A DNA stretch of 42,525 nucleotides from an uncultured bacterium (lineage in GTDB: Bacteria > Patescibacteriota > Minisyncoccia > Phycocordibacterales > DATDWN01). Below the pieces are notes generated by a model. The model made no database searches, was not told where the DNA came from, and was given only the letters and a program-made list of their open reading frames with translations. Positions 1-8,921 of this stretch are shown piece by piece. Made by a program: the position numbers and the translations under genes. Where the stretch lies: assembly GCA_903861205.1 (NCBI GenBank), contig CAIOTC010000017.1:1-42525 (forward strand), read 5' to 3'. Each line of letters begins with the position of its first letter. Position 1 is the stretch's first letter.

Positions 1-1
1 A

Positions 2-133
2 GACTTGAAAAGAAAGGTTGAAATATGGAATGATTATTACAACAATCTAGAACATTGCGGATTGAACGGCAAAAGTCCAAACGAATTTTTGCAAAATTAC
101 AAATTAATCAATCCGCCAAATGTGCGTACCTAA
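2..133 (+). CDS. 3' end of a DDE (integrase-core/rve type) transposase ORF; the 5' part lies outside the window
   Basis: Frame 2 reads DLKRKVEIWNDYYNNLEHCGLNGKSPNEFLQNYKLINPPNVRT*. The W-x-x-YN...H...L-x-G-K-S-P-x-E tail is typical of IS3/IS481-like transposase C-termini, recognised from memory. Confidence 0.45.
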   Translation, partial: DLKRKVEIWNDYYNNLEHCGLNGKSPNEFLQNYKLINPPNVRT

Positions 134-172
134 AACATTTTACATCGAGAAAAATAAAATTCCAAAATCGCC

Positions 173-1279
173 TTATTTTAGGCCATTATTTAGATACTCC
201 ATTATAATTTCATGAACCTCATCGGCGTTTTCCGCTTCCATCAATTTCATTCGCAATTCTTTGGCACCATCAAAGCCATTTACGTACGCTTTGAAATGTT
301 TTTTCATGACGGCAAACGATTTTCCCTGCCCTATCGGCGGTTTCGGCTGAACGATTTCCGAAAAAAGTTTTGTGTGTTCGTCGAGAACTTTTAGTTTTTC
401 AGGAACCCCAAGGGGAACCCTTAAATTTCCAATTCCCAAGGGTTCCCCTTTGGGTTCATTCGATGCGGGTGCGAACAACCACGGGTTGCCGAAAATGGCG
501 CGGCCGATCATCACGCCGTCGCAGCCGGTTTCGCGCGCTTTTTGTTTGGCGTCCGCTACGCTCGTCACATCACCGTTGCCGAAAATGAGTGTCTCACTTT
601 TTTCTCCGTTTGGTCTGCGCCAAGCATCGCGAATCTCCACAGCGCGTTTTATATGTTCCCATCGCGCCGGCACCAGCGAGAGTTCTTTTCGCGTCCGAGC
701 GTGAATGGTGATAACCGCCGGTTTCGTTTCGAGCAAAGCCGGTAACCATGTTTCCAGTTCATTTTTATTCCAGCCAATTCGAGTTTTGACGGAAATTGGT
801 ATCTCCCCGAGGAGAGACCTTGGGGTGCCTAAGGACTCACCTCGGGGAGACCTCTGAATGCGGGCGCCTTGTTTGGCGGCCAAAATAATTTCCTGCGCCA
901 GTTTAGGATTCTGCATTAGCTTCGCGCCGGCGCCCTGCTTTTCCACGCTTTTGTCCGGACAACCCATGTTGATGTCGATGCCGTCAAAACCAAGTTCGAC
1001 GGCCAGCTCGGCGGCTTTACGCATCATCTCCGGATCGCTCGTAAAAAACTGCGCCACGATAGGTCGTTCGCTTTCATCGAAAGCCAAATCGCCGATCAGC
1101 GCTTCCCTACCGCCCAGAAAAAGTCCGTCCGCCGAAACAAACTCCGTCCACATCACGTCCGGCTTGCCGTATTTGGCAATAATTGCTCGAAAAGCCCGAT
1201 CGGTAACATCCGCCATCGGCGCCAGGCACAATATTGGCTCGCCCTTCTTTTCTTTTTTTAACTTCTGCCAAAAATTCAT
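173..1279 (-). CDS. dus: tRNA-dihydrouridine synthase (Dus family). Start moved to the ATG giving MNFWQKL; the track ORF begins at an upstream TTG.
   Basis: LCLAPMADVTDRAFR, GFDGIDINMGCP and KTRIGW motifs are typical of the Dus TIM barrel. The gene contains two in-frame hairpin segments (403-457, 802-850). Confidence 0.9.
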   Translation of the reverse strand: MNFWQKLKKEKKGEPILCLAPMADVTDRAFRAIIAKYGKPDVMWTEFVSADGLFLGGREALIGDLAFDESERPIVAQFFTSDPEMMRKAAELAVELGFDGIDINMGCPDKSVEKQGAGAKLMQNPKLAQEIILAAKQGARIQRSPRGESLGTPRSLLGEIPISVKTRIGWNKNELETWLPALLETKPAVITIHARTRKELSLVPARWEHIKRAVEIRDAWRRPNGEKSETLIFGNGDVTSVADAKQKARETGCDGVMIGRAIFGNPWLFAPASNEPKGEPLGIGNLRVPLGVPEKLKVLDEHTKLFSEIVQPKPPIGQGKSFAVMKKHFKAYVNGFDGAKELRMKLMEAENADEVHEIIMEYLNNGLK

Positions 1280-1295
1280 AGTACGTGTATTAAAC

Positions 1296-1459
1296 CACAA
1301 AACAAAAAATTTTCAAAAAATCTTGTCGAGACGAAGCAATTTTGGGGGCTCACGGACGGCGGCGGGCGGAGTGCGAGCGCAAAAAATAGCAATTTTTTGA
1401 CGCGCACCCCAAAATTGCTTTGACTCGTAAGAGATTTTTTGAGAATTTTTTGTTTTGTG
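1296..1459. repeat. Long-hairpin intergenic element, family L copy 1
   Basis: The 28-nt outer arms cacaaaacaaaaaattttcaaaaaatct / agattttttgagaattttttgttttgtg match 27/28. Inside are the junction motifs cttgtcgag ... ctcgtaagag shared with the other L copies. Confidence 0.8.
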
Positions 1460-1462
1460 ATT

Positions 1463-2293
1463 CTATTCCAACTTATAATACAATTTGTTACCAAACCTCA
1501 AATCAATATAATCAAAATTCAGCGTTGTTGTAGCTGTCGCGGAAATGGTGCCCAGAAGCGCCTGCAAGTTGTCAGCTGATTTGGCGAGCGGTTCCTTGGT
1601 GTCTATATATATGTATCCACCGCCCGCAAGCCCAACCGTGAATTGCTCGTCGCCTGTCGACTGCAAATAAATCGGATGCAAAGATAAATCTTGGGCGCGT
1701 TTTATAAATTTGCCAAAATCTTTGAAAAGAGTTGTGGAAGCAATGTATTGCGTACCGATAGGCGTCGTGGAAGAAGCAACCCTGCCGTAATATTTGAAAT
1801 ACGCGTCGCCGGAAAAATCCGGAGATTCGGCAAAAATTAAACCGTTATCATCCATGAAATAGCAAACTCCCGCCGGAACATCCTCCGGCATTCCACTGCA
1901 CCAGAGCGCGGTCAATGGGCGTTCAGTAATAGCAATGCTTAAAGTTTGAGAATTTTTCAAATGCACGGAAATGGTATCAATGCGCTGGAATTTTTCGGCA
2001 AGAAAATTTTGAAGCGAGTTGTGCTGATACAGCAAGTCGTTATTTTTCGGGAAAAACCAAAAATAATTTCCGCTCATAAAATTTTTCGCGGCGGCGGAAA
2101 CTTCATCGTTGGAAACCAATGTGTTGCCTGAAAGCTCAACCGAAGAAATACGAAATTTTTGCATGCGCGATAAAAACACAGTGCCAACAAACAGAATAAT
2201 CAACAAAAACAAAATAAAGCCGTATTTTATCAAACGAGCCTTTCTTTTTTTGAGCAAATATTCTTCTCGATGTGACAAGGGTTGAGAAGACAT
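1463..2293 (-). CDS. ftsQ: Cell division protein FtsQ-like (N-terminal TM helix plus POTRA)
   Basis: A TM helix (YGFILFLLIILFVGTVFL) is followed by ISSVELSGNTLVSNDEV, a POTRA-type start. The size is 276 aa. Confidence 0.7.
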   Translation of the reverse strand: MSSQPLSHREEYLLKKRKARLIKYGFILFLLIILFVGTVFLSRMQKFRISSVELSGNTLVSNDEVSAAAKNFMSGNYFWFFPKNNDLLYQHNSLQNFLAEKFQRIDTISVHLKNSQTLSIAITERPLTALWCSGMPEDVPAGVCYFMDDNGLIFAESPDFSGDAYFKYYGRVASSTTPIGTQYIASTTLFKDFGKFIKRAQDLSLHPIYLQSTGDEQFTVGLAGGGYIYIDTKEPLAKSADNLQALLGTISATATTTLNFDYIDLRFGNKLYYKLE

Positions 2294-2305
2294 TGAATTT
2301 TTAAA

Positions 2306-3577
2306 CTATTTTTTGGAGATAATTTTCTGTCCGTTCATGTATTGCTGCAGGACGTCGGGAATGCGAATACTGCCGTCTGCGTTTTGATAGTTTTCGACAA
2401 TCATAATGAGTGGTCGGCCGGAGAGCGCAGTGTTGTTGAGCGAGTGGACAAACTTCATCTTGCCGTCGTCATCGCGATAGCGGATGTTCAGTCGGCGCGT
2501 TTGGAAATCGTGGAAATAGGAGGCCGAGCCGGTTTCGCGATATTTATTTTCTGACGGCAGCCACGCTTCAATGTCATATTTTTTGACCTGTCCCAGTCCC
2601 AAATCCCCCGCGCAGTTTATAACCACATGATATGGCAATCCCAGAGCCTGCATTATTCCTTCGGTATTAGCTTGTATTTCCTCGTGAAATTTGACGGATT
2701 CTGTGTGTGAGGCCTCACACAAAACAACTTGTTCAAATTTATAAAATTCGTGAACGCGCAAAATACCTTTGGTGTCCTTGCCATGCGCGCCGATTTCCCG
2801 CCGAAATGCCGGAGAAAAGCCAATAAACTTTTTCGGCAAGTCTTTTTTATCCAATATCTCGTCCATGTGATAGCCCATGAGCGAAACCTCAGCCGTACCG
2901 GATAGAAATTCACCATCCTGTGTTTTAAACAAATCTTCCTCGCCTTGCGGCAAATATCCGGTGCCCATGAAAGCTTCGCGGCGAACGAGTGACGGCACGA
3001 TCATCGGAAACCAATCTCCTTTTTTCAAAAAATAATCATTGACAAATTGCCAAAGCGCAAACTGCAACCGCGCTCCGTCGCCAGTCAAAAAATATCCGCG
3101 GAAGCCAGCCACCTTTGTGCCGCGTTCAAGAGAAAGCATGTTGAGATTTTCCATCAGTTCCATGTGACTTTTCGGAGTGAAATCAAATTTTGGAATTTCG
3201 CCCCAAGTTGAAATTTCTTTGTTGTCTTCATCGCTGTTTCCTTCCGGCACGGACATGTCCGGAATGTTCGGCACACGAACCATCAGACTTTGCCAGTCGT
3301 GCATAACGGTTTTCAATTCCTCCTCCTCTTTTTGCAACTCGGATTTGAGAGCCTGCATTTTGGAAATCATTTCTGACTTTTCGACCGGGTCGGAAATCCT
3401 GACGATTTTGTCGGATGTCTCATTTTGCTCGGCACGCTTTTTTTCGATTTCGGAAATGAGTTCGCGTCTTTTGTCGTCCACTTTCAAAAGTTCCTCCACA
3501 TCAAAATCAATGTGTTTTTTCTTGGCGCCCATCTGCACCAAATCCTTGTTGTCTCGGATAAATTTTATGTCTAACAT
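2306..3577 (-). CDS. serS: Seryl-tRNA synthetase
   Basis: An N-terminal coiled-coil arm is followed by class II aaRS motifs (FRRE, GSASYFHDFQTRRL, NNTALSGRPL). The size is 423 aa. Confidence 0.95.
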   Translation of the reverse strand: MLDIKFIRDNKDLVQMGAKKKHIDFDVEELLKVDDKRRELISEIEKKRAEQNETSDKIVRISDPVEKSEMISKMQALKSELQKEEEELKTVMHDWQSLMVRVPNIPDMSVPEGNSDEDNKEISTWGEIPKFDFTPKSHMELMENLNMLSLERGTKVAGFRGYFLTGDGARLQFALWQFVNDYFLKKGDWFPMIVPSLVRREAFMGTGYLPQGEEDLFKTQDGEFLSGTAEVSLMGYHMDEILDKKDLPKKFIGFSPAFRREIGAHGKDTKGILRVHEFYKFEQVVLCEASHTESVKFHEEIQANTEGIMQALGLPYHVVINCAGDLGLGQVKKYDIEAWLPSENKYRETGSASYFHDFQTRRLNIRYRDDDGKMKFVHSLNNTALSGRPLIMIVENYQNADGSIRIPDVLQQYMNGQKIISKK

Positions 3578-3603
3578 AATAAATATAGTATATAACAGAA
3601 TGG

Positions 3604-3641
3604 AAAAATGAAAAAGGCGCTTGTGTGTTAAGCAAGCGCCC
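3604..3641 (-). terminator. Intrinsic-terminator-like hairpin about 30 nt upstream of the serS start codon, on the serS strand
   Basis: The minus strand reads gggcgcttg-cttaacaca-caagcgcc followed by tttttcattttt. It closes a roughly 270-nt hairpin-rich stretch (3642-3880). Confidence 0.55.
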
Positions 3642-3892
3642 TTCGAGAACTTCGTTGGTCCTCTAGAAGATGTATGTTTTCAACTTTTGACAATCCTGAA
3701 GAAACCAGAGTATTCTATAAAACTCCTTTCTCCGCTTTCCCAAGGCGGTATCTTAGGGAGGGAAAGACCGGAAATGAACGTTGGTCTTTAATCAAACTAT
3801 CACAAATGCAAAATTTTGCAAATGTTAGTCAGAGAGGGGCATCCTCTCGATTCGGGGTTGAGAAGATGCCCCTCTCTGATATAATTATTATC

Positions 3893-4759
3893 ATGCAAAT
3901 TGAAAATCTTCCGAAAAATAAATTTCCGGAACTGCTCAAACAAATTCCCGATCCACCGAAGAGTTTGCGGATCGTCGGAGAACTGCCGGCCGAAAATAAT
4001 CCGGACATAAAATATTTGTGCGTTGTCGGCTCGCGGAGATATTCACAATACGGAAAAGAAGTTTGCGAAAGTTTGATCGACGGTTTGCGCGGATATCCGA
4101 TCGCCATTGTTTCGGGACTGGCGCTTGGCATTGACGGTATCGCTCACCGCGCTGCGCTGAACGCAGGATTGAAAACCGTTTCAATTCCCGGCTCGGGACT
4201 TTGCGAAAAAAATATTTATCCGTCGGCTCACAAAGAACTGGCCAAAGAAATCGTGGAATCCGGCGGATGCTTGCTTTCCGAATTTGTCGACACATGGCAC
4301 CCACGGCTAGAAAGCTTTCCACAGCGCAATCGCATCATGGCTGGCATGTCGCACGCCACTTTCGTGGTTGAGGCCGAGCTGAAATCCGGCACGCTCATCA
4401 CTTCAAAATACGCCATTGAATACAACCGCGACGTTTTCACTGTGCCACATTCCATCTTCTCAAAAACTTCAGAAGGCCCGCATATGCTTCTGCGCCTCGG
4501 GGCCACGCCAATCACGCAGTCATCGGACATTGTCACGGCGCTGGGTTTGCGACCAAAAGAGGAACTTTTCGAAACGCGCGATTATTCCGAGTGTTCAACA
4601 GATGAAAAAGAAGTGATCGAAATCCTGCGCGAACCGATGTCGCGCGATGAAATAATTAGGATGTTGGAAAAACCGGTGTATGTCACACAAACCATTTTGG
4701 CAACGATGGAAATAAAAGGTTTAATTGTAGAACAAATGGGAGAGATACATCTCGTGTAA
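3893..4759 (+). CDS. dprA: DNA processing protein DprA/Smf. Start moved to MQIENLPK.
   Basis: GSRRYSQYG, VSGLALGIDGIAHRAAL and FPQRNRIMAG are DprA Rossmann-fold signatures. The upstream part of the track ORF crosses the structured serS leader. Confidence 0.85.
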   Translation: MQIENLPKNKFPELLKQIPDPPKSLRIVGELPAENNPDIKYLCVVGSRRYSQYGKEVCESLIDGLRGYPIAIVSGLALGIDGIAHRAALNAGLKTVSIPGSGLCEKNIYPSAHKELAKEIVESGGCLLSEFVDTWHPRLESFPQRNRIMAGMSHATFVVEAELKSGTLITSKYAIEYNRDVFTVPHSIFSKTSEGPHMLLRLGATPITQSSDIVTALGLRPKEELFETRDYSECSTDEKEVIEILREPMSRDEIIRMLEKPVYVTQTILATMEIKGLIVEQMGEIHLV

Positions 4760-4796
4760 TTTGCTAAAAAAATAATTTTCGGTAATACTACTAAAT

Positions 4797-7043
4797 ATGA
4801 CAAAACTTTTAATCGTTGAATCTCCGGCAAAAGCAAAAACAATTTCAAAATATTTGGACGGCAAGTACGAGGTGGTCGCCAGTGTCGGACACATTCGTGA
4901 TTTGCCGAAATCAAACAAAATCGCCATCGATATTCCAGGCGGTTTTATTCCGCATTACGAAATTTCCAAAGGCAAAGAAAAAATTGTTTCGGAAATAAGA
5001 TCGCTCGCTAAAAAAGCTGACATTGTCCTGCTAGCCACCGACCCCGACCGCGAAGGCGAGGCAATCGCTTGGCATATCGAACAGCTCATCAGAGGTGATT
5101 TTCCAAATTCCAAAGTCAAAAAAACGGAAACCGACGACAAAATTAAACGTGTCAGCTATCACGAAATCACCAAAGAAGCTATCGAAGAAGCTCTGGAACA
5201 TCCGAGGGAAATCGATCAGAATTTGCGCCAAGCCCAGGAAGCTCGACGCGTTTTGGACAGGCTTGTCGGCTACGATTTATCCGGACTCATCTGGAAAAAA
5301 GTGCGTTACGGACTTTCAGCCGGACGCGTTCAGTCGCCCGCTTTGCGCATCATCATGGAACGCGAGCGCGAAATCCGCGCTTTCAAATCGCACAAGTTCT
5401 GGGTTATTTCCGCCGATGTTATTCCCCAAGGTGACACCTTGGGGGAAAAGTTTACCGTTGTCTGCGAAAAAGAACCGACCATCAAGGGCGAGGTAGAGCA
5501 GATTATTTTGGACGCTGAAAAAGCCGGAAAAGAAAACAGCTGGTACGTCAAAGATGTCAAAGAAACGCAAGTTAAGAAAACTCCGCGACCACCGTTCATC
5601 ACTTCCACGCTCCAGCAGTCGGCCAGCACGCGTCTCGGTTTCGCTCCATCGCGTACAATGGGCATCGCTCAAAAACTTTACGAATCCGGTTACATCACAT
5701 ACATGCGCACAGACTCAACCAACCTCTCTCAGCTCGCGCTCGGCCAAATCGCCGGTGAAATAGAGAAAAGATTTGGTAAAGATTTTTTGCAGTTCAGAAA
5801 ATATGCAGCCAAAAGCAAAAATGCCCAGGAAGCCCACGAAGCAATTCGCCCGACGCACATGTCCGTTGAAAAAGCCGGGCACACCGATGAACAGCAAAAG
5901 TTGTACGAACTTATCTGGCACCGCACACTCGCTTCGCAGATGCGCGACGCCGAAACTTTGCGAACAAAAATCACAGCAAACGTGGCTGGCGACAAAGTTC
6001 CAGATTTTTCCTCTGTCGGTTCGCGTGTCATTTCTCCCGGCTGGCTTTTGGGCGACCCTGCTTCGCGAGGCGAAGATGTGGAATTACCGAAAGTAAAAAC
6101 TGATGAAAATCTTACGCTTGAAAAAGTTAGCACTGAGGAAAAAGAAACGGAACCGCCGACAAGATATTCCGAAGCCGGATTAGTCAAGGAATTGGAAAAA
6201 CGTGGCATCGGCCGACCTTCGACGTACGCTTCGATTATCAAAACGATCGAAGACCGCGGATACGTAGAAAAAATAAACAAAGCTCTTGTGCCGACGGACA
6301 CAGGCGATGTCGTTTCGTCATTTTTGGAAAAAAATTTCGAAAGTTACATCAGCGACGATTTCACTGCCGAGATGGAAGACAAACTCGACCTTATCGCTGA
6401 GGGCAAGGAAGACTACACCAAGATGCTGACAAAGTTTTACAAGCCGTTTTTGGCTGACGTCAAAGCCAAAGATAAATTGGACAAAGTGACAAACCTCGGC
6501 GACGCCGATCCAAAATTCAAATGTCCGATTTGCGGAGGTCCGATGATTATCAAACTTTCGCGTGGCGGGAAATTTTTGTCATGCGCCAAATATCCGGACT
6601 GCGACGGGGCGCTGACCATGGACGGACAGGAAATCAAAAAAGATGAACCGATCGGTGTTGATCCGGAAAGCGGTTTGCCAATTTTTGTCATGATTGGAAA
6701 ATATGGACCTTATGTACAGCTCGGCGAACGAGCCAGTGGCAAAGGTAGCACAAAGGCCGCCAAACCGAGAATGGCTAGTGTGCCAAAAGGCAAGGATTTG
6801 TCGACGATTACTTTGCAGGAAGCGCTAAAATATTTATCGCTGCCGCGCGTCCTCGGCGTCCATCCGGCTACGGGCGAAAAAATTTCCGCCAATGTCGGAA
6901 TGTTTGGACCGTACGTCGTTCACCAAAAAGATTTTCGGTCGCTCAAAGCGCCAGATGATGTTTACACCGTCGAACTCCCCCGCGCTCTGGAAATTTTCGC
7001 TCAAGAGAAGAAAAAACGCGGGTTTGCGAAGAAGAAAAAGTAA
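4797..7043 (+). CDS. topA: DNA topoisomerase I
   Basis: A TOPRIM start (LLIVESPAKAKTISKYL), the active-site region YITYMRTDS and a C-terminal Cys4 zinc ribbon (CPICGG...CAKYPDC) are present. The size is 748 aa. Confidence 0.95.
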   Translation: MTKLLIVESPAKAKTISKYLDGKYEVVASVGHIRDLPKSNKIAIDIPGGFIPHYEISKGKEKIVSEIRSLAKKADIVLLATDPDREGEAIAWHIEQLIRGDFPNSKVKKTETDDKIKRVSYHEITKEAIEEALEHPREIDQNLRQAQEARRVLDRLVGYDLSGLIWKKVRYGLSAGRVQSPALRIIMEREREIRAFKSHKFWVISADVIPQGDTLGEKFTVVCEKEPTIKGEVEQIILDAEKAGKENSWYVKDVKETQVKKTPRPPFITSTLQQSASTRLGFAPSRTMGIAQKLYESGYITYMRTDSTNLSQLALGQIAGEIEKRFGKDFLQFRKYAAKSKNAQEAHEAIRPTHMSVEKAGHTDEQQKLYELIWHRTLASQMRDAETLRTKITANVAGDKVPDFSSVGSRVISPGWLLGDPASRGEDVELPKVKTDENLTLEKVSTEEKETEPPTRYSEAGLVKELEKRGIGRPSTYASIIKTIEDRGYVEKINKALVPTDTGDVVSSFLEKNFESYISDDFTAEMEDKLDLIAEGKEDYTKMLTKFYKPFLADVKAKDKLDKVTNLGDADPKFKCPICGGPMIIKLSRGGKFLSCAKYPDCDGALTMDGQEIKKDEPIGVDPESGLPIFVMIGKYGPYVQLGERASGKGSTKAAKPRMASVPKGKDLSTITLQEALKYLSLPRVLGVHPATGEKISANVGMFGPYVVHQKDFRSLKAPDDVYTVELPRALEIFAQEKKKRGFAKKKK

Positions 7044-7250
7044 AATTGCATTTTCATAGACACGCATAAATCGCTGGTGCGATTTTGCTATGCTCGGAAA
7101 TCAAGAAAACAATCGTCCTCGATACAGAGCCCTTTCGCAAACGGCGTCCTAGGGCGCCGCCCTTGCTGCGCAGGGTCGCTGCTTCGGGCTTCTTTCATCT
7201 TCGTCGTTGTTTTCTAATTTCCTGCGCAAGTCTCTGAAAATGCAATTTTA
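7041..7250. repeat. Long-hairpin intergenic element, possible divergent family L member (copy 2)
   Basis: Perfect 16-nt outer arms taaaattgcattttca / tgaaaatgcaatttta start on the topA stop codon. Inner arms are ggaaatcaagaaaacaa / ttgttttctaatttcc. The junction motif is degenerate. Confidence 0.6.
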
Positions 7251-7300
7251 CTTTTTCAGTGGTAATTTTTCAGAAAATCACTACAATAGAGACGAACCTG

Positions 7301-7356
7301 CATTATTCGTAGCAATTCGTAGATTCGCATCATTCGCATATTCGTATATTCATTCA
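7301..7356 (+). repeat. Tandem ATTCGYAK array (6 units) ending 1 nt before the relA start codon
   Basis: The sequence reads cattattcgtagca-attcgtag-attcgcatc-attcgcat-attcgtat-attcattcac. A near-identical array lies upstream of ftsZ (36726-36772). Confidence 0.75.
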
Positions 7357-7357
7357 C

Positions 7358-8782
7358 ATGACCGATATCAAAGAAATCATTTCCCTTCTTCATGAACCAA
7401 CCGAAAAAGACAAGGAGCTTGTTCAAAAAGCTTGCGATTTTGCTTTGCGCGCACATGCAGACCAGAAGCGTTTGTCAGGCGAGCCATATTTCAATCACGT
7501 GTTTGCCACGGCCAAAAATATTGCCGAGCTGGGCATGGATGCCACAACCGTTTCGGCCGGATTTTTACACGACGTTGTGGAAGACGCCGGAGTAAAACCG
7601 GAAGATTTAGAAAAAGAATTCGGAAGTGAAATCAGATTTTTAGTTGAGGGTGTAACAAAATTGGGAAAAATAAAATACCAAGGAACTTCACGTTACAACG
7701 AGAGTTTGCGGAAATTTTTCATAGCTGTGTCACAGGACATCCGCGTGCTCATCATCAAACTCTGCGACCGTTTGCACAACATCCAAACTTTGCAATATGT
7801 GCGACCAGAAAAACAACTGCGCATCGCCAAGGAAACACTGGAAATTTACGCGCCACTCGCCTACCGCCTCGGAATCAAAAAACTCCAGAGAAATTTGGAA
7901 GACACGTCGTTTGCTTACGTTTATCCGGAAGAATCGGAAAAAATAAAAAAATTACTGAATGTTAGAAAAGAGGAACAGGAAAAACTTTTGCACGAATTTC
8001 AAAAATCACTCAAAAAAGAATTGGCAAAAAACGGCATCGTGGAGTTTCGCATAGATCATCGAGTCAAAAGTCTGTACAGCTTGTACAAAAAACTTCAGAA
8101 ATACGATTGGAACGTGGAAAATATTTATGACATCTCGGCGCTCAGAATTACCGTCAAAGAAGTTCAGGATTGCTACAGAGTGCTCGGCATCATTCACGGT
8201 TCGTGGCGACCTTTGCCAGGCAGAATCAAGGATTACATCGCCACACCAAAACTGAACGGTTATCGCTCGATCCACACTACTGTTTTTTCCGGCGACGGTG
8301 GAATCATCGAAGTCCAAATCAGAACGGAGGAAATGGACAAGGAAGCGGAATTCGGAATCGCTTCGCATATTTCCTACAAAGAAGGAAAAAAATCAGGATC
8401 AGCGAATCAAAACCTTTTGTGGATAAAAAATTTGGCAAAATACAACAAGGAAAGCGGTGATGAATTTTTGGCAGATATTAAAACGGATTTTTTTGAGGAA
8501 AGAATTTTTCTTTTTACTCCGAAAGGCGATGTCATAGATTTGCCGGCAGGCTCGTCCGCTGTCGATTTTGCCTACAACATCCACTCCGATATCGGCAATC
8601 ATATGTCAGGCGTCAAAATCAACAACAAATTTGTGGCGCTCGACACAGCTTTGCAGTCCGGCGATTTGGTGGAAATCGAAACAAAAAAATCGGCTAAGCC
8701 GAGTCACAAATGGTTGGAATATTGCAAAACAACGATTGCCAAAAGGCATATCAGAAATGCTTTGGAAAACAGGAAAAATTAA
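7358..8782 (+). CDS. relA: RelA/SpoT homologue (HD hydrolase, ppGpp synthetase and TGS domains; no ACT domain)
   Basis: The HD motif HDVVEDA, the synthetase core YRSIHTTV...EVQIRT and the TGS segment FTPKGDVIDLPAGSSAVDFAY are present. The size is 474 aa. Confidence 0.9.
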   Translation: MTDIKEIISLLHEPTEKDKELVQKACDFALRAHADQKRLSGEPYFNHVFATAKNIAELGMDATTVSAGFLHDVVEDAGVKPEDLEKEFGSEIRFLVEGVTKLGKIKYQGTSRYNESLRKFFIAVSQDIRVLIIKLCDRLHNIQTLQYVRPEKQLRIAKETLEIYAPLAYRLGIKKLQRNLEDTSFAYVYPEESEKIKKLLNVRKEEQEKLLHEFQKSLKKELAKNGIVEFRIDHRVKSLYSLYKKLQKYDWNVENIYDISALRITVKEVQDCYRVLGIIHGSWRPLPGRIKDYIATPKLNGYRSIHTTVFSGDGGIIEVQIRTEEMDKEAEFGIASHISYKEGKKSGSANQNLLWIKNLAKYNKESGDEFLADIKTDFFEERIFLFTPKGDVIDLPAGSSAVDFAYNIHSDIGNHMSGVKINNKFVALDTALQSGDLVEIETKKSAKPSHKWLEYCKTTIAKRHIRNALENRKN

Positions 8783-8787
8783 CGACA

Positions 8788-8910
8788 CAAATTTCTTACG
8801 AGCCAACACTTTTCCGTCGCCAGAATATTTTTCTGCTGAAAAATTTCTTCCTGCTCGTCTCTTCACGGGCTCCGCAATGCGCCGTAAAAGCGTCGGCTCG
8901 ACAAAATTTG
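8788..8910. repeat. Family L element copy 3 (short form)
   Basis: The sequence caaatttcttacgagccaacactttt ... aaaagcgtcggctcgacaaaatttg is about 90% identical to copies at 35812-35950 and (reverse complement) 24610-24744. Confidence 0.85.
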
Positions 8911-8921
8911 CTAGTGGTTAT

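Noticed and set aside
3604-3880. T-box riboswitch upstream of serS.
   Set aside because: The geometry fits, but I cannot find the conserved T-box sequence (AAnnnGGGUGGnACCGCG) or a convincing Stem I/specifier loop. It is kept only as an unclassified leader.
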